Source of the DNA: the human T2T-CHM13v2.0 reference genome, Homo sapiens
DNA: 64,000 bases
Reading direction: 5' to 3'
Assembly: GCA_009914755.4 (NCBI GenBank)
Contig: CP086569.2
Span: forward strand, 224,001-288,000
Shown here: positions 1 to 20,470 of the stretch, one piece after another
Layout: each line of letters starts with the position of its first letter
How positions within the stretch are numbered: the first letter of the stretch is position 1
Translations under genes and position numbers: made by a program
The notes under the pieces: model-generated
The model's input: the letters and a program-made list of their open reading frames with translations, nothing else
Databases searched by the model: none
What the model was told of the DNA's origin: nothing

Positions 1-20
1 AATAAAATAAAATAAAATAG
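1..20. repeat. (AAATA)n simple repeat at window edge
   Basis: aataaaataaaataaaatag read directly. Confidence 0.6.
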
Positions 21-265
21 GAAGCCTTTCTACCTTTATAAATTGTGTGATTTTTAGGTTAACAACTGTCAATGACGGAATGTTCAGTACGTGGGACTTT
101 CTTGTCTGTATGTGTGTGGTGGGGGGGGTCGGGGCGGGGAACAGACTCAATATGAAACCGTTTTGGGGTCTGACGCTCGCCCACCAGCCTCCATCGCGCA
201 GCCACACGCCCACTATGCGACCAGAGCCACCTGCGCAGTTGTTAGCAGAAGGAAGAGTAACTTAC

Positions 266-589
266 TACTCTCGTCCCTGCGGATCTACGGGTGCCTCGAA
301 CGTGGGGCGCGTTCCTGGGGCTGGAGGCGGCGCCCAGGGGCAGCGCAGGGCCCGGCCCGGGGGTTCCCGGGGGTTCGAGCCCGCTGGGCCGGGGGGCGGC
401 GAGCGGGGCTGTGGGCCAGGCCCCGGGCTGCTCCCCGTCCCCCGGGGTCGGCTGGTCCCGCCCGGGCGCCTTGATCCGGCGCAGGCAGTCCTGCAGCATC
501 CGCTGCGTGCTGGCCTCGCTGAGCCAGTACAGGAACAGCTCGTCCACCTTCATCTTCAGGACCGGCTGCAGCACTTTGCCGGGCGGCAT
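266..589 (-). CDS. Candidate first coding exon (108 codons) of an unidentified gene; ATG at 589-587, phase-0 GTAAGT donor at 265-260; gene continues beyond window start
   Basis: Minus-strand ORF begins MPPGKVLQPVLKMKVDELFLYWLSEASTQRMLQDCLRRIKAP, a non-repetitive N-terminus, then a Pro/Gly/Ala-rich stretch. ...acg aga gta|GTAAGT gives a canonical donor in frame. Embedded in the CpG island and not derived from any repeat. Confidence 0.5.
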
Positions 590-1082
590 GGCGGGGGCTG
601 GGCCCGCGGCGCCCCCGGACGCCCGCGCCCCGCCCCGCCCCGGGGGCTTCGGTCCGCCCCGGACCGACCTCGGTGATGCGAGCACGGCCCGCTGAGGGGG
701 CGCGGCGCAGGGAACAGGGCCCGCGCCTCGGGAACTGCGCGGACTCGCGGGGCGCGGGGACCGAGGAGGGGGCGCGGTCCGGCCCGCGCTGCTCAGGGCA
801 GCTTCAAAACGGGCGCGCCGGCCGCGCTCCCAAACAAGGGCGCCCGCGTTCACGTCACTGCGTCGCGTCATCGCGACGATGTCATCACGAGGCGACGCCG
901 CCGCTAGCCACGCGCGCCCCGCGGCCCTCGGAGCTTTTGCAGGAGGCTTTGGTGGGGCCGAGCGGCTGCGGTGAGGACGAGGGAGGGGCTGTGGCGGCCG
1001 TACCGCCCGAGCTCTTTCTGCGTTTAGGATTTTTAGAGGCGCGGCCCATGGCGGCGTGGCAGTCCTAGAGCTGCGGAAATGC

Positions 1083-1313
1083 GAGCATGCGCAATGCGTG
1101 CCTGCCAGAGCGAGGAGAGGGTGGAACCTCCGCATGGAGCATGCGCCGTGCATAGCGGTGGAGGAGCGGAGTTCGGGAGGCCGGTCGGGTGAGCGTGCGC
1201 AATGGCTGCCCGCGGGGCGCAAGCCAGAGGCTGGGAGGTGTGTGAGCGGGTGGGGCTGGAGGACGGGAGTGCGCCTGCGCAGTGGGAGGCACCGGGAACG
1301 AGCGAGCATGCGG
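1083..1313. promoter_or_regulatory. Cluster of four GAGC(A/G)TGCG(C) motifs (NRF1-like GCGCATGCGC half-sites), two followed by CAATG
   Basis: gagcatgcgcaatgcg (1083-1098), gagcatgcgc (1137-1146), gagcgtgcgcaatggc (1191-1206), gagcatgcgggg (1302-1313); plus gcgcctgcgc at 1270-1280. Confidence 0.4.
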
Positions 1314-1810
1314 GGTGCGCGCCCGCCGAGCTCGGGAGCGAGCGTGCGTCCTACGGGAGCGCGCGAGGAAAAGATCAAACTTTTCAATAACAGCGGGCTA
1401 CCTGGGACCCAAAGGGCCCCGTTTACTTTAGCTTTGCTTATCAAACAGTAGAGACAGGTTGGAGGAGTTGGACCCCTTTAAACGTTGGTGTTCAGGGATG
1501 AGCGTGAAGTGCGTTGAAAATTGCAAAAATCATCCACGTCCAGGGAGGTGACATTAGTTAAATAACTTTACCCAATGGTCGTTTTTGTTTCTGCTTTTAA
1601 CAGTATCCATAAAAACACTGCATTATCATCTGTCTGGCACACATGCACCTGTTTCCTTTACATCTTGCCCCGCTTTTTATTCATTTTTTATCAAAATAGG
1701 GTTTCACCTGGTGTTGCACCCTGTTAGAGAGTAATTTCAAGGTCTTTTATGAGCCAGGTTCTCCTACTTCTGAGCTGCATAAATCGAGCCAGACTCAATA
1801 AGTAACCCTT

Positions 1811-2427
<617 letters not shown>

Positions 2428-2445
2428 TAACTCTTTTTGTTCGTA

Positions 2446-2713
2446 TGAGACAGGGTTTTGCTCCGTCACCCAGGCTGCGATCTTAGCTGAGTGCAGCCTT
2501 GATCTCCTGGCTCAAGCGATCCTCCCACCTCAGCCTTCCAAGCAGCTGGGACAACAGGCATGCGCCACCATGCCTGGCTCATTTTTAATTTTATTGTTTA
2601 TAGAGACGAGGTGTTGCTGGTCTCACACTCCTGGCCTCAAGCAATCTTCCTGCCTTTGCCTCTGTCTCTGCCTCCCAAAGCGTTGGGATTACAGGCGTGA
2701 GCCACCGCACCCG
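2446..2713 (-). mobile_element. Alu SINE (diverged, AluJ-like)
   Basis: gagacagggttttgctccgtcacccaggctg... ending ...gtgagccaccgcacccg. Confidence 0.8.
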
Positions 2714-3416
2714 ATTTAAATCACTCATAAACGATAGTTTTGTGTTGTGTACATAATGATTTGAATTTCAGTTTGTGTTTCGTGATTGGATATAAAAATC
2801 CGAGTGTACTTGGTCAGAAGAGCGCCATCACGCAGGAATTCTGTGAAGTTATTTTTCCTAATTGGGAAGCAACCGTTTGTGTGTGTGTGCGATGCTGTGA
2901 TTTCTGGAGGGAAGTGAATATATTAATACAGTTCTCTGTTTGAGTATGTATCGGACACAGACGTCTTTTCAAGGAACAAACGTGCTTTTCATTCTGGGTG
3001 TTTCGATGAGCTGCGAGTCACTGTTGGAAGCATCACTGCAGTTTTGAGGGGAAAGGGTTTCCTTTGAATGCCTGCACAAGAGGCCTTTCTCTGCCAGGTT
3101 ACTGGGGCACAGTGTAGTGAGGCCCAGGGCCAACAGGACAGAAATCAACTCAGGGCAGAAACAGAATGCGCCTTCAGTCTGCGCTGGGGCCCGGGGGCCC
3201 ACTCCGTGCAGGCTTTGCTCTGGGAGAACAAAGAGGTGCTGTCGGGCCCCCAAGGCTGGCAGGGCCTGAGGTGTTGCAGAGTTTGCTGGGATGTGGCCAG
3301 CTGCAATTATCCAAGCTGCTCCACAGCCGGATGGACGCCCTGCCCATTCGGGTCTGTCCGTCTTGCAGGGGTGGTGGGTGGCCACCAGAATTGTCCTGGG
3401 GAGAGAAAGGTGAGGG

Positions 3417-3975
3417 CAGGCCGGGAGATTGCAGTGGCTCATGCCTGTCATCCCAGCACTTTGGGAGGCCGAGACGGTGGATCACCTGAGGTCAGGGGTT
3501 CAAGACCAGCCTGGCCAACATGGTGAAACCCCCGTCTCTACAAAAATACAAAAATTAGCCAGGCACGGTGGCTCACACCTGTCATCCCAGCACTTTGGGA
3601 GGCCGAGGTGGTGGATCACCTGAGGTCAGGAGTTCGAGACCAGCCTGGCCAACATGGTGAAACCCCGTCTCTACAAAAATACAAAAATTAGCCAGGCATG
3701 GTGGCTCACACCTGTCATCCCAGCACTTTGGGAGGCCGAGGCAGGAGGATTGTTTAAGCCCAGGAGGTCAAGACCAGCCTTGGCAACATGGCGAGCCCCA
3801 TCTCTAGAGAATATTTAAAAATTAGCTGAGCATCCTGGCGTGTGCCTGTGGTCCCAGCTACTCGGGAGGCTGAGGTAGGAGGATCGTTTGAGCCTGGGAG
3901 GTTGAGGCTTCAGTGAGCCGAGATCTCACCACCGCTCTCCAGCCGAGGCAGGAATGAAAGACTCTGTCCCTAAAA
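3417..3975 (+). mobile_element. Alu with tandemly triplicated left arm (left monomers 3417-3556 and 3557-3688, then full dimer 3689-3975)
   Basis: Three successive ...ggtggctca...cagcactttgggaggccgag...ctacaaaaatacaaaaattagcc units before a right arm. Confidence 0.8.
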
Positions 3976-3981
3976 GCATTA

Positions 3982-4663
<682 letters not shown>

Positions 4664-4949
4664 TCAGAAATGCAAACTCACCCACTGTATGACATGCTCT
4701 GGATCTCAGTCGGCCTTCGCCCCGCAGACCTGGGTGGTTGATCGAACACTAAAGCTCCAGACCTGGAGATGCCTCAGAGGAAGCACCTGGCAAGTAGGAT
4801 CTCCCTGGTCCTGCGCCGACCCAAAGCTCCCAGCTAGGTGCGTGCAGTGAGAGGTCAAAGAGGGATCAAGTTTATATCTGCCGCTTGCATTCCGCACGAT
4901 GACTTAAAACAAACAAACAAAACAAACAAACAAAAAAAAACAAAAAACC

Positions 4950-5642
<693 letters not shown>

Positions 5643-6784
5643 AAACCACCGTAACTGTGGCAGTAAGAGGCCAGGAACTCTCACAGATACCTCGTCCAAA
5701 ACCGGCAAAGGAGAGGATGGAACATTTGCTGTAGAGGTTTTCCTGCCTCTTCATAACTCCTTGAGGCTGTGTCCTCATCCATCTTCCAGAAACCAAAAAC
5801 CCTTCACACATCGCCCCTTTTGTCCCGAGCGGCGCCCGCTGCCACCTGCTTGGCAAAATAAAACGTAAGTGGAAAAATGCTCCCTTTTCCATTTTCCTCT
5901 CTAATTGAATTCTCTCCTGACCTCTCAGTTCCCCACGGCTGTGTTTCAGGTTTTGATGATAAGGAAAAGAACTCTGTATTTGGATAATACGATTTTCAGC
6001 AACCTTCAACTCAATTTCCTCTCCCCGGAGACAGTGTATCTTATAGGATAGAATGAAATCCCTTATTCATAGGGAAAAAGTTCCAATTTAATCTGAATAT
6101 TCAGCGTGCCGCCGTGGCCGGGGTGATGGATGGCGTATGGAAATATCACAGTTCAAGCAATCAGATGTCAGAATGCACTCTGCTACTGGAAGAAATAATG
6201 ACGCCTATCCAATTTTCTATAAGGCGCAGAAATGCACGTTGCATCGTGAGGACCCCGGCTTTCTCCTATTACCTTACTAATCACATCTCCATTTAAACAC
6301 AGAACAGAAAAGGAAGCGTGGTCACAAATTAAGAATTAATGGAAGTGAGACTCCGCAATGGATTCGGGGCCGAGGGCCAAAGGCGGCCGCCACGTGCCGC
6401 TATTTACATGAAGTCACAGAGATGACGGGGATGAGCGGGGTCCCCTTGTCAGAAGCTGCTGGGCCAGATGAACCTGACAAGTATCTCCTAAGAAGGATTT
6501 AGAAAAGGGGAAGATGAAATCTTTGGAGGTAATGGAGAATTAGAAGCATGTCATTACCTATAAATCCTGCGGCCCTGCACACGCTGTTGACAGCCCGGAA
6601 GATGAGACTGGCTGAGAGGAAAAAGATTCTGAGCCTGGAACAAGCGGACCCAGATTCTAGGTGGCCAGGCTGTGTGGTTGCTTTTATCATTCCGGGAGAC
6701 TTTCGGGAGGAAATGTTTGCAAAGAGCACGCAGACGGGGAAATGTTTGCAAAGAGCACGCAGATGGCATTTTCTTTTCTCTCTA

Positions 6785-7050
6785 TTTTTTTTTTTTTGAG
6801 ACGTAGTTTTTGCTCTTGTCGCCCAGGCTGGAGCCGCCTCCCGGGTTCAAGCGATTCTCCTGCCTCAGCCTCCCAAGTAGCTGGGATTACAGGCACCTGC
6901 CACCACGCCCGGCTACCTTTTATATTTTTAGTAGAGACTGGGTTTTGCCGCGTTGGCCAGGCTGGTCTCGAACTCCCGACCTCAGGAGATCTGCCCGTCT
7001 CGGCCTCCGAAAAGTGCTGGGATTACAGATGTGAGTCACCGCGCCTGGCC
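6785..7050 (-). mobile_element. Alu SINE with internal deletion in right arm
   Basis: poly-T, gagacgtagtttttgctcttgtcgcccaggctggagccgcctcccgggttcaagcg (missing ~35 bp) ...gtcaccgcgcctggcc. Confidence 0.85.
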
Positions 7051-7216
7051 AGCATTTTGTATCACCCCTAACTGCATCTATTTTGGTGTTGTTCATGATA
7101 ATAATAAATGTCATGCATATCTCTGATTGAACTTGGCCCGTTCTTGAGCTCATTAGAAACAGGTTTTCCTATGTGTCATCTCTTATTTTTCTTGGTAATA
7201 CTTGGAGCTGAGATTT

Positions 7217-7300
7217 CTTTTTCTCTCTCTTTCTTCCTCTCTCTTTCTCTCCTTCTTCCTCTCTCTTTCTCTCTTCCTTCCTCTCTCTTTCTCTCTTCCT
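7217..7300. repeat. (CTCTTT/CT-rich)n simple repeat
   Basis: ctctctctttcttcctctctctttctctcc... read directly. Confidence 0.8.
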
Positions 7301-7302
7301 TC

Positions 7303-7583
7303 CGAGACAGGGTCTCACTCCGTTACCCAGGCTGGAGTGCGGTTGTACGATCACAGCTGCTGTCTTGACCTCCTAGGCTCAAGTGATCCTCCACCCTCAG
7401 CCTCCCGAGTAGCTGAGACTGCAGGCATGCACCGCCATGCCCGCCTAATTTTTTTATTTTTTTCTAGAGATGGGGTCTGACTATGTTGCCCAGGCTGGTC
7501 TCAAACTCTTGGCCTCAAGCAATCCTCCTGCCTCGACCTCCCAAAGTGCTGGGATTACAGGCGTGAGCTACCGCACGCAGCCT
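7303..7583 (-). mobile_element. Alu SINE (AluJ-like)
   Basis: gagacagggtctcactccgttacccaggctggagtgc...gtgagctaccgcacgcagcc. Confidence 0.85.
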
Positions 7584-7677
7584 TGAATCCTTTTAATAAG
7601 TACTTTCCTCTTATCCACGACCCAGAACATCACACTGTAGACAGTTGTTTAGGGTTTTGAAAGATTTATATTTTTAA

Positions 7678-8752
<1,075 letters not shown>

Positions 8753-9093
8753 TCATTCGTCCCCCTCCCCATCCCCTGGCAACCACCCATCCACTTTCTG
8801 CCTCCATGGATTTGCCTGTTCTGGACCTTTCCTAGAAATGGAATCTTACTCTATGTGGCCTTTTGTGTCTGGCTTCTCTCACGGAGTGTGACATCCTCAA
8901 GGCTCATTCACATTGCAGCCTGTGTCACAGCCTCGTTCCTTTTCATGGCTGCATACTATTCCACCATGTGGATGGACCACATTGTGCTAATCCACCCATC
9001 CACTGGTGGACACTTGAGTGGTTTCTGCTTTTGGGCCGTTACGAAATCCAGCTACTGTGAAACAGTTCACTTTTATTTTATTTTATTTATTTA

Positions 9094-9379
<286 letters not shown>

Positions 9380-9636
9380 CTAGGTGATTCTTTAACTAGA
9401 ACGATAGATATCGGACTTTTGCTATGGGGTGGATTTTCCTCCTAACCTGAAATGAGGCAAAAAGTCTTAGCATGTCAGATGTGACGCCTTCTTTTATTTC
9501 GCTCAGCATAAATTTTAAGCAAATTGAGAATGGAGCCTGGGTACCCATTTCGGTAAAAGCTTTGTTTTTTTTTTTCTGCGTAAGACCTACATTTGACTCA
9601 GAGTGTAGTTGGTGAAATGCACATTTTTCTTAATGA

Positions 9637-9961
<325 letters not shown>

Positions 9962-9980
9962 GAAATGCACATTTTTCTGA

Positions 9981-10302
<322 letters not shown>

Positions 10303-10437
10303 AGAAGGACGTATTTCTGATAGCCAGGGGTAGTGATTTACAGCACTGTAGTACAGAAAACTGTTTTTTTCCTCTTTGTAAAAGGAGTAGTTGCTGATTG
10401 GAGAAAACTTGGGAAGTACAGAGAGTATTCAAAAATC

Positions 10438-11740
<1,303 letters not shown>

Positions 11741-11770
11741 TCAGGAAGCCTCGGCCAGGCACTGCGTTAA

Positions 11771-12254
<484 letters not shown>

Positions 12255-12610
12255 AGAAACCTGCTATATTCTGCACCGTTTTTCCGGGTCCAGGCAGACG
12301 TGGGTCCCTGTGGTTTCAGAGCACAAGTGGTGTTTTATGGAATCATCTTCGCTGTGGCAAGCACACTATGGTAGATGGGATAGGGTGGGTGTTGGTGGTG
12401 AGGAAGAGGTCGTGCCCGTCCGTGGATGACGTGGGAAGCTCTCGAAGAGTTGCTGGCATTTGTACCTGTTTGCACGCAGCAGCGCTCTGAGTGGCAGAGA
12501 CAGGATGTCCCCCAGATCCCACGTCCCCGCAGTTGTTAGTGAGACGGATGCCTCGGGATGTGCCTTGGTCTCTGGTTTGAGAACGTTTCTGTTGACTTGC
12601 CATTTTCTAA

Positions 12611-13074
<464 letters not shown>

Positions 13075-13157
13075 TGAATTGCACCATTGGAAGCTGGGGA
13101 CTGTCTGTATGCAATATTATGTATAGTTTGATTTCTTTTTTTGCATTTTTTTTTTAA

Positions 13158-13972
<815 letters not shown>

Positions 13973-14045
13973 CACAGTTACACACGGACACAGAGCCAAG
14001 GGGCCACCTGAACTCCCTCTCAGCCCTGGAATGAAAGACCATAGG

Positions 14046-14190
14046 ACCAGGCGCGGCGGCTCATGCCCACAATCCCAGCACAGTGGGAGGCCGAGGCAGG
14101 AGGATCGCTTGAGGCCTGGAGTTCGAGACCAACCTGGGCCACCTAGCAAGACCCTGCCCCTACCAAAAAATGTAAACAATAAAAATAAAT
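14046..14190 (+). mobile_element. Free left Alu monomer (FLAM-like)
   Basis: aggcgcggcggctcatgcccacaatcccagcacagtgggaggccgaggcaggaggatcgcttgagg...A-rich tail. Confidence 0.75.
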
Positions 14191-14476
14191 GAAAAGCAAC
14201 AATAAAAGAAGGTAGACCACGTGTTGCGGGACCTTCCTCTCCTGGGGCGCCTTGTGGGTGTGGGCAGGGGAGGCTATTCCCGGCCTTTCACGTTCTAAAA
14301 ACATCCCGTGGAAAGTGTACAGACGGCATCTGTGGGGCTCACCTCTGTGCCCGTCACTCGATCGTGGGCCTGCTGAGTGGCGCTATTTTTGGAGGGCAGC
14401 TGGGGGAGGGAGGAATTGGTACGATTTTGCTATTATAGGAAGGAAGACTAAGGGATTCCTAGGCTTGCTTACATGC

Positions 14477-14778
14477 TTTTTTTTTTTTTGAGACGGAGTC
14501 TCGCTGTGTCGCCCAGGCTGGAGAGCAGTGGCCCCATCTCATCTGACTGCAAGCTCTGCCTCCCGGGTTCACGCCATTCTCCAGCCTCAGCCTCCTAGAG
14601 AGTAGCTGGGGCTACAGGCGCCCGCCACCAACACCCGGCTAATTTTTTGTATGTTTAGTAGAGACAGGGGGTCTCACCGTGTTAGCCCGGATGGTCTCAA
14701 GATCTCCTGAACTTGTGATCCGCCCGCCTCGGCCTCCCAAAGTGCTGGGATTAGAGGCGTGAGCCACCGCGCCCGGCC
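14477..14778 (-). mobile_element. Alu SINE
   Basis: poly-T, gagacggagtctcgctgtgtcgcccaggctggagagcagtgg...gtgagccaccgcgcccggcc. Confidence 0.9.
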
Positions 14779-14892
14779 GCCTACATGATTGTTATAAGCC
14801 ATGACCCTTTCGGCATATGAGAGAGTGTGTGAATCCTGTCAGTTCAGGGTTAGAAGCCCAGGATGCATGATTGAGGTGGCTGTCTGCAATAG

Positions 14893-15234
<342 letters not shown>

Positions 15235-15237
15235 TAA

Positions 15238-15720
<483 letters not shown>

Positions 15721-15751
15721 AGCCCTTCACCCTTCTTCTGTATTAAATTAG

Positions 15752-16118
<367 letters not shown>

Positions 16119-16435
16119 AGAAGAAAGCCTTTATGGAGAAGAATGTTGACACTATGACAGCGAATTGTGTGCCTGCTGGCTGTCTGGGTTTAACCCACCC
16201 CTCACAGCCCCACCCAGCCCCCACCAATCAGAACGTGAGCCGCCGAGGACAGGAAGGTTTCTCCTTGGTCTGTTTCTCTCACTACAGGGACCCCGGGAAA
16301 TAGAATGGCACCTGTCACACGGTAGCTTTCAGACAGACACATTCAGAGTCCAGAATGTTCACCATTACACCATGGAACTGTCTTCACGGTAGCTTCCTAA
16401 TACATGTTTGTTCCCTCGATAAATGAAACAAGGGC

Positions 16436-16630
16436 GTCGGGGCTCCAGCCTGTCATCCCAGCACTTTGGGAAGTAGAGGTGGGTAGGTTCCTTGAGTTCA
16501 GGAGTCTGAGACCAGCCTGGACAACACAGCAAGATCCAGTCTCTGCAAAAAAAAAAAAAATACACTAAATTAGCCGGGCATGGTGGCACCTGCCTGTAGG
16601 CCCAGCTACAAGGAGATAGGAGGATCACTT
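16436..16630 (+). mobile_element. Alu fragment (left arm plus start of right arm)
   Basis: ggggctccagcctgtcatcccagcactttgggaagtagaggtgggtagg...attagccgggcatggtggcacctgcctgtaggcccagctaca. Confidence 0.75.
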
Positions 16631-16779
16631 TAAATGTTTTGAGTCACCAACTTGGAAACATTCTTTTTGTAGAATCTCCAAAGTGACGTTTCTGAGTCCA
16701 TCGAGGCTTGTAAGGAAACATAGAATATCCAATGATAAAAGCTAGAAACAAGCTATCTATGAAAATGCTTTGATGTGTG

Positions 16780-17075
16780 ACTGAGTATGTGTGTGTGAGG
16801 GTATGTGTGAGTGCGTGAGTGTGAACGTATGAGTATGTGTGTGTGTGTGAGGGTGTGTGTGTGAGGGTATGTGTGTGTGATTCAGCATTTGGCTCTGTGA
16901 GGGTACGTGTGAGTGTGAGCACGTGGCTATTTGTGTGTGTGTGAGGGTATGTGTGAGTGCGTGTGTGATTGAGCACGTGACTGTATGTGTGTGCATGTGT
17001 GTGAGGGTACGTGTGAGTGCGTGAGCCTGTGACTGAGCACGTGGTTCTGTGTGTGCGTGTGTGTCCTTGCAGCTG
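16780..17075. repeat. TG-rich degenerate tandem repeat (~55-60-bp period, gtgtgtgagggtatgtgtgagtgcgtg... units)
   Basis: Recurrent gtgtgagggta(c/t)gtgtgagtg(c/t)g(a/t)g(a/t)g...gagcacgtg(a/g)ct... blocks read directly. Confidence 0.75.
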
Positions 17076-17757
17076 GCAGGGGGTGTTGCCCAGGGAAGAA
17101 CTGGGGGAAGCAGCTTTCTCCCCACTCAGGAGAGGGCCCGCACAGGGGAGCGGCCACGCAGGCCGCGCAGGAGCTTGTCCTCCTGACTTGGAGTCCCTGG
17201 CAGGAACCTGATGCTGGAGTGAAGAATATGCCTCGTTTAGGGGGCACCGTGGTTCCCACTTCCCAGCTGAGGAAGCCCCTTGGAGACAGTGGGGCTGAGA
17301 TTCAGAGCCCGCCCTGGGACCCACAGTCGGATCGCTGCTCTCCCTAGGAGACCTCCTGGGCTCCCATTTTCCCTTCTCTGCCACAGTTGCCACCTGCGTG
17401 CTGGGGCGGCAAAGCGTAAAGGCTGGCAGGTCCTTCCTCAACCCCGGAAGGTGGGAACCACAGCACGGTCATTGCCGGCGTAAAACCCCAGGGCCGTCAG
17501 GTGCTGTGTGCAGATTGAACAGCTTCATGCTTCTACGCTCACCTGCAACGGAATAGGTCGGCCCCTGGGACCACATTGTGAAATGCAATCTGAGCATTCT
17601 CTGGGCAATGACGGTGCAACCTGGACAGGCTCGGGGGGTCCCCAGCGCAGACATTGAACCTCCTCTTTGTCATTTTCCTAAAGGTTGGAAGTAGAAATCG
17701 TCCTAAATCATAGCCACGCGATTTCTCTCCGGAAAGGACGACATTTGGGTCATGTAG

Positions 17758-18336
<579 letters not shown>

Positions 18337-19003
18337 TAAGTCCTCTTTGAGATAAACGGGAATGGTTCGTGTCTTGACAGTGAGCATTTGCAGTAGAAAT
18401 CACGCACACTCAGCAGAGGGCTGCACAAGGCCAGCCGTGCTCCACCTGCCCCCCTCAAAAATCGGCCTCCGCACCTGCTGCGGCCATTTCATTACATCTC
18501 AAAACAACGTCAACTTATTTAATAAATAGGAGAATTTTTAAATCAAGTCCCGAGGCAGGATGTATAAACTTTAGTATTGATTATGCGTCCCTAAAAGCGC
18601 TCTCAGTAAAGGGACTTTGCTTCCTTTTCCTCAGGTTCCTATGAAGTCGTTTAATCCGTCTAACTCTTATTTTATGTTGTTTTCCCCGTTTTTATTACTT
18701 TATATGACAGTACATCTTTGTAGCCACAAACTCAATAGCATAATTGTGTGTTTTTTTTTCCCTGAGACAACAATGTGCTTTTTGTTCGAGGAGGTAATAA
18801 TTCTTGACAAAATCTGTTTTAATGTCGTACCGAAAAAAAAAACAAACCCCACAAAACCCTTAACGGACATTTGTAGTCCCCATTGGATCTAAAACACTGT
18901 GATATTGTTTGTGTAATCTGCTTTTAAAGTCACCAAAAGTGCTTTGTTGTAAATACTCTGTGATAACATTTGCTTTGTTAACGTATTTTAAATGAAATAT
19001 AGT

Positions 19004-19059
19004 TATAATTTCCCTCATGACATTTTCATTTAAATTTAAATGTCATGAGGGAAATTATA
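19004..19059. repeat. AT-rich near-perfect palindrome (22-bp arms tataatttccctcatgacattt / aaatgtcatgagggaaattata, 12-bp spacer)
   Basis: Right arm is the exact reverse complement of the left arm; the central tcatttaaatttaaatg spacer is itself nearly palindromic. Confidence 0.85.
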
Positions 19060-19290
19060 ATTTAATTTAAAAAACGATTTAAATTTATTTAATAAATTTA
19101 ATTAATAAATAATAATATATAATAAATATATAATAATAAATAAATAATCAAATTTGTTTAAATTTAAATTTATTTAAATTTATTCATTTATTTATTTATG
19201 TATTCATTTAGATAGTTATTTAAATTTATTTAAATTTATTATTATTTATTTTTATTTTATTTCATTTTATTTATTTTATTTTATTTTATT
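19060..19290. repeat. AT-rich low-complexity / (AAATTTATT)n-like tract
   Basis: aatttaaaaaacgatttaaatttatttaataaatttaattaataaataataatat...ttattttattttattttattt. Confidence 0.8.
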
Positions 19291-19292
19291 TT

Positions 19293-19430
19293 AGAGACAG
19301 GGTCTCCTTCTGTTGCCCAGCTTGGAGCGCACCTGTGTGATCTCGGCTCACTGCAGACTCCGCCTCCTGGGTTCAAGAGATCCTCCTGCCTCAGCGTGCA
19401 TGCACCACCAAGCCTGGCTCATATTTTTTA
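19293..19430 (-). mobile_element. Alu right-arm fragment
   Basis: gagacagggtctccttctgttgcccagcttggagcgcacctgtgtgatctcggctcactgcagactccgcctcctgggttcaagag. Confidence 0.75.
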
Positions 19431-19440
19431 GACATTTTAA

Positions 19441-19788
<348 letters not shown>

Positions 19789-20372
19789 TGACGCGCATCG
19801 TGTAGATGGAAGAGAAATCAAACGGCACCGTCTGCCGGGGCGGGATTGCAGCCCGTTCCAATGTCTCATTTATTCCCCGGGTGCTGGGAGAGTCTCTGGG
19901 ATGACAAGACTGATGGTTCCTAACCCAGGCCGGGGCAACGCATGACTTTTGACGCCTCGGAGAAGCCCTTCCTTCCTGGACTGTATTCTGACAGGGAGTG
20001 CGTCTCACGCTTTACCCGACGGCGCCCAGAGCGACCTTCATCGCGGCCCACCGGCCAGGGCCGTCTTCTGGATCTTCAGCGGCTTGAGGAACTTTCTGTC
20101 CCCTTCTGGGTTGACTGAATTTTTATCGCGAAAAGGCACTGCCTTTGCTCAAATGCTTTTCCTGCATTTCTGCAAATGGTCATGTGAGTTTGGCCCCTTA
20201 GCCATGAATACGGTGCGTCACATTCACTGGTTTTCCAGAAAAGAGCTGTATAGAGAGAGAATTTACACAGCTGACAATGTGTCCGTTTAAACTCTTCCAA
20301 CCCGTGGCTTTCTGTATGCAGAGACTTGTGCCACCATCACCACAGTCTATTTTATTGCTTTACTTATATTTG

Positions 20373-20470
20373 TTTTTTTTTTTTTTTTTGAGACAGGGTC
20401 TCGCTCCTGTAGCCTTGGACTCTCAGGCTCAAGGGATCCTCCCTCCTCAGCTCCCCAAGTAGCCGGGCAA
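20373..20470 (-). mobile_element. Partial Alu-like right arm that seeds the adjacent minisatellite
   Basis: poly-T, gagacagggtctcgctcctgtagccttggactctcaggctcaagggatcctccctcctcagctccccaagtagccggg. Confidence 0.7.

Larger units (their letters stand above)
100..1440. promoter_or_regulatory. CpG island / GC-rich promoter region
   Basis: Dense CpG and >70% GC across ~1.3 kb, in contrast to the CpG-depleted remainder of the window; overlaps a candidate first exon. Confidence 0.8.

Noticed and set aside
47-676. 209-aa and 134-aa plus-strand ORFs across the CpG island
   Set aside because: They are antisense to the better-supported minus-strand exon and are Gly/Arg/Pro-rich, as expected from random translation of roughly 75% GC DNA. 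The long 400-aa minus ORF (242-1444) is likewise only credible from the ATG at 589 down to the donor at 266.
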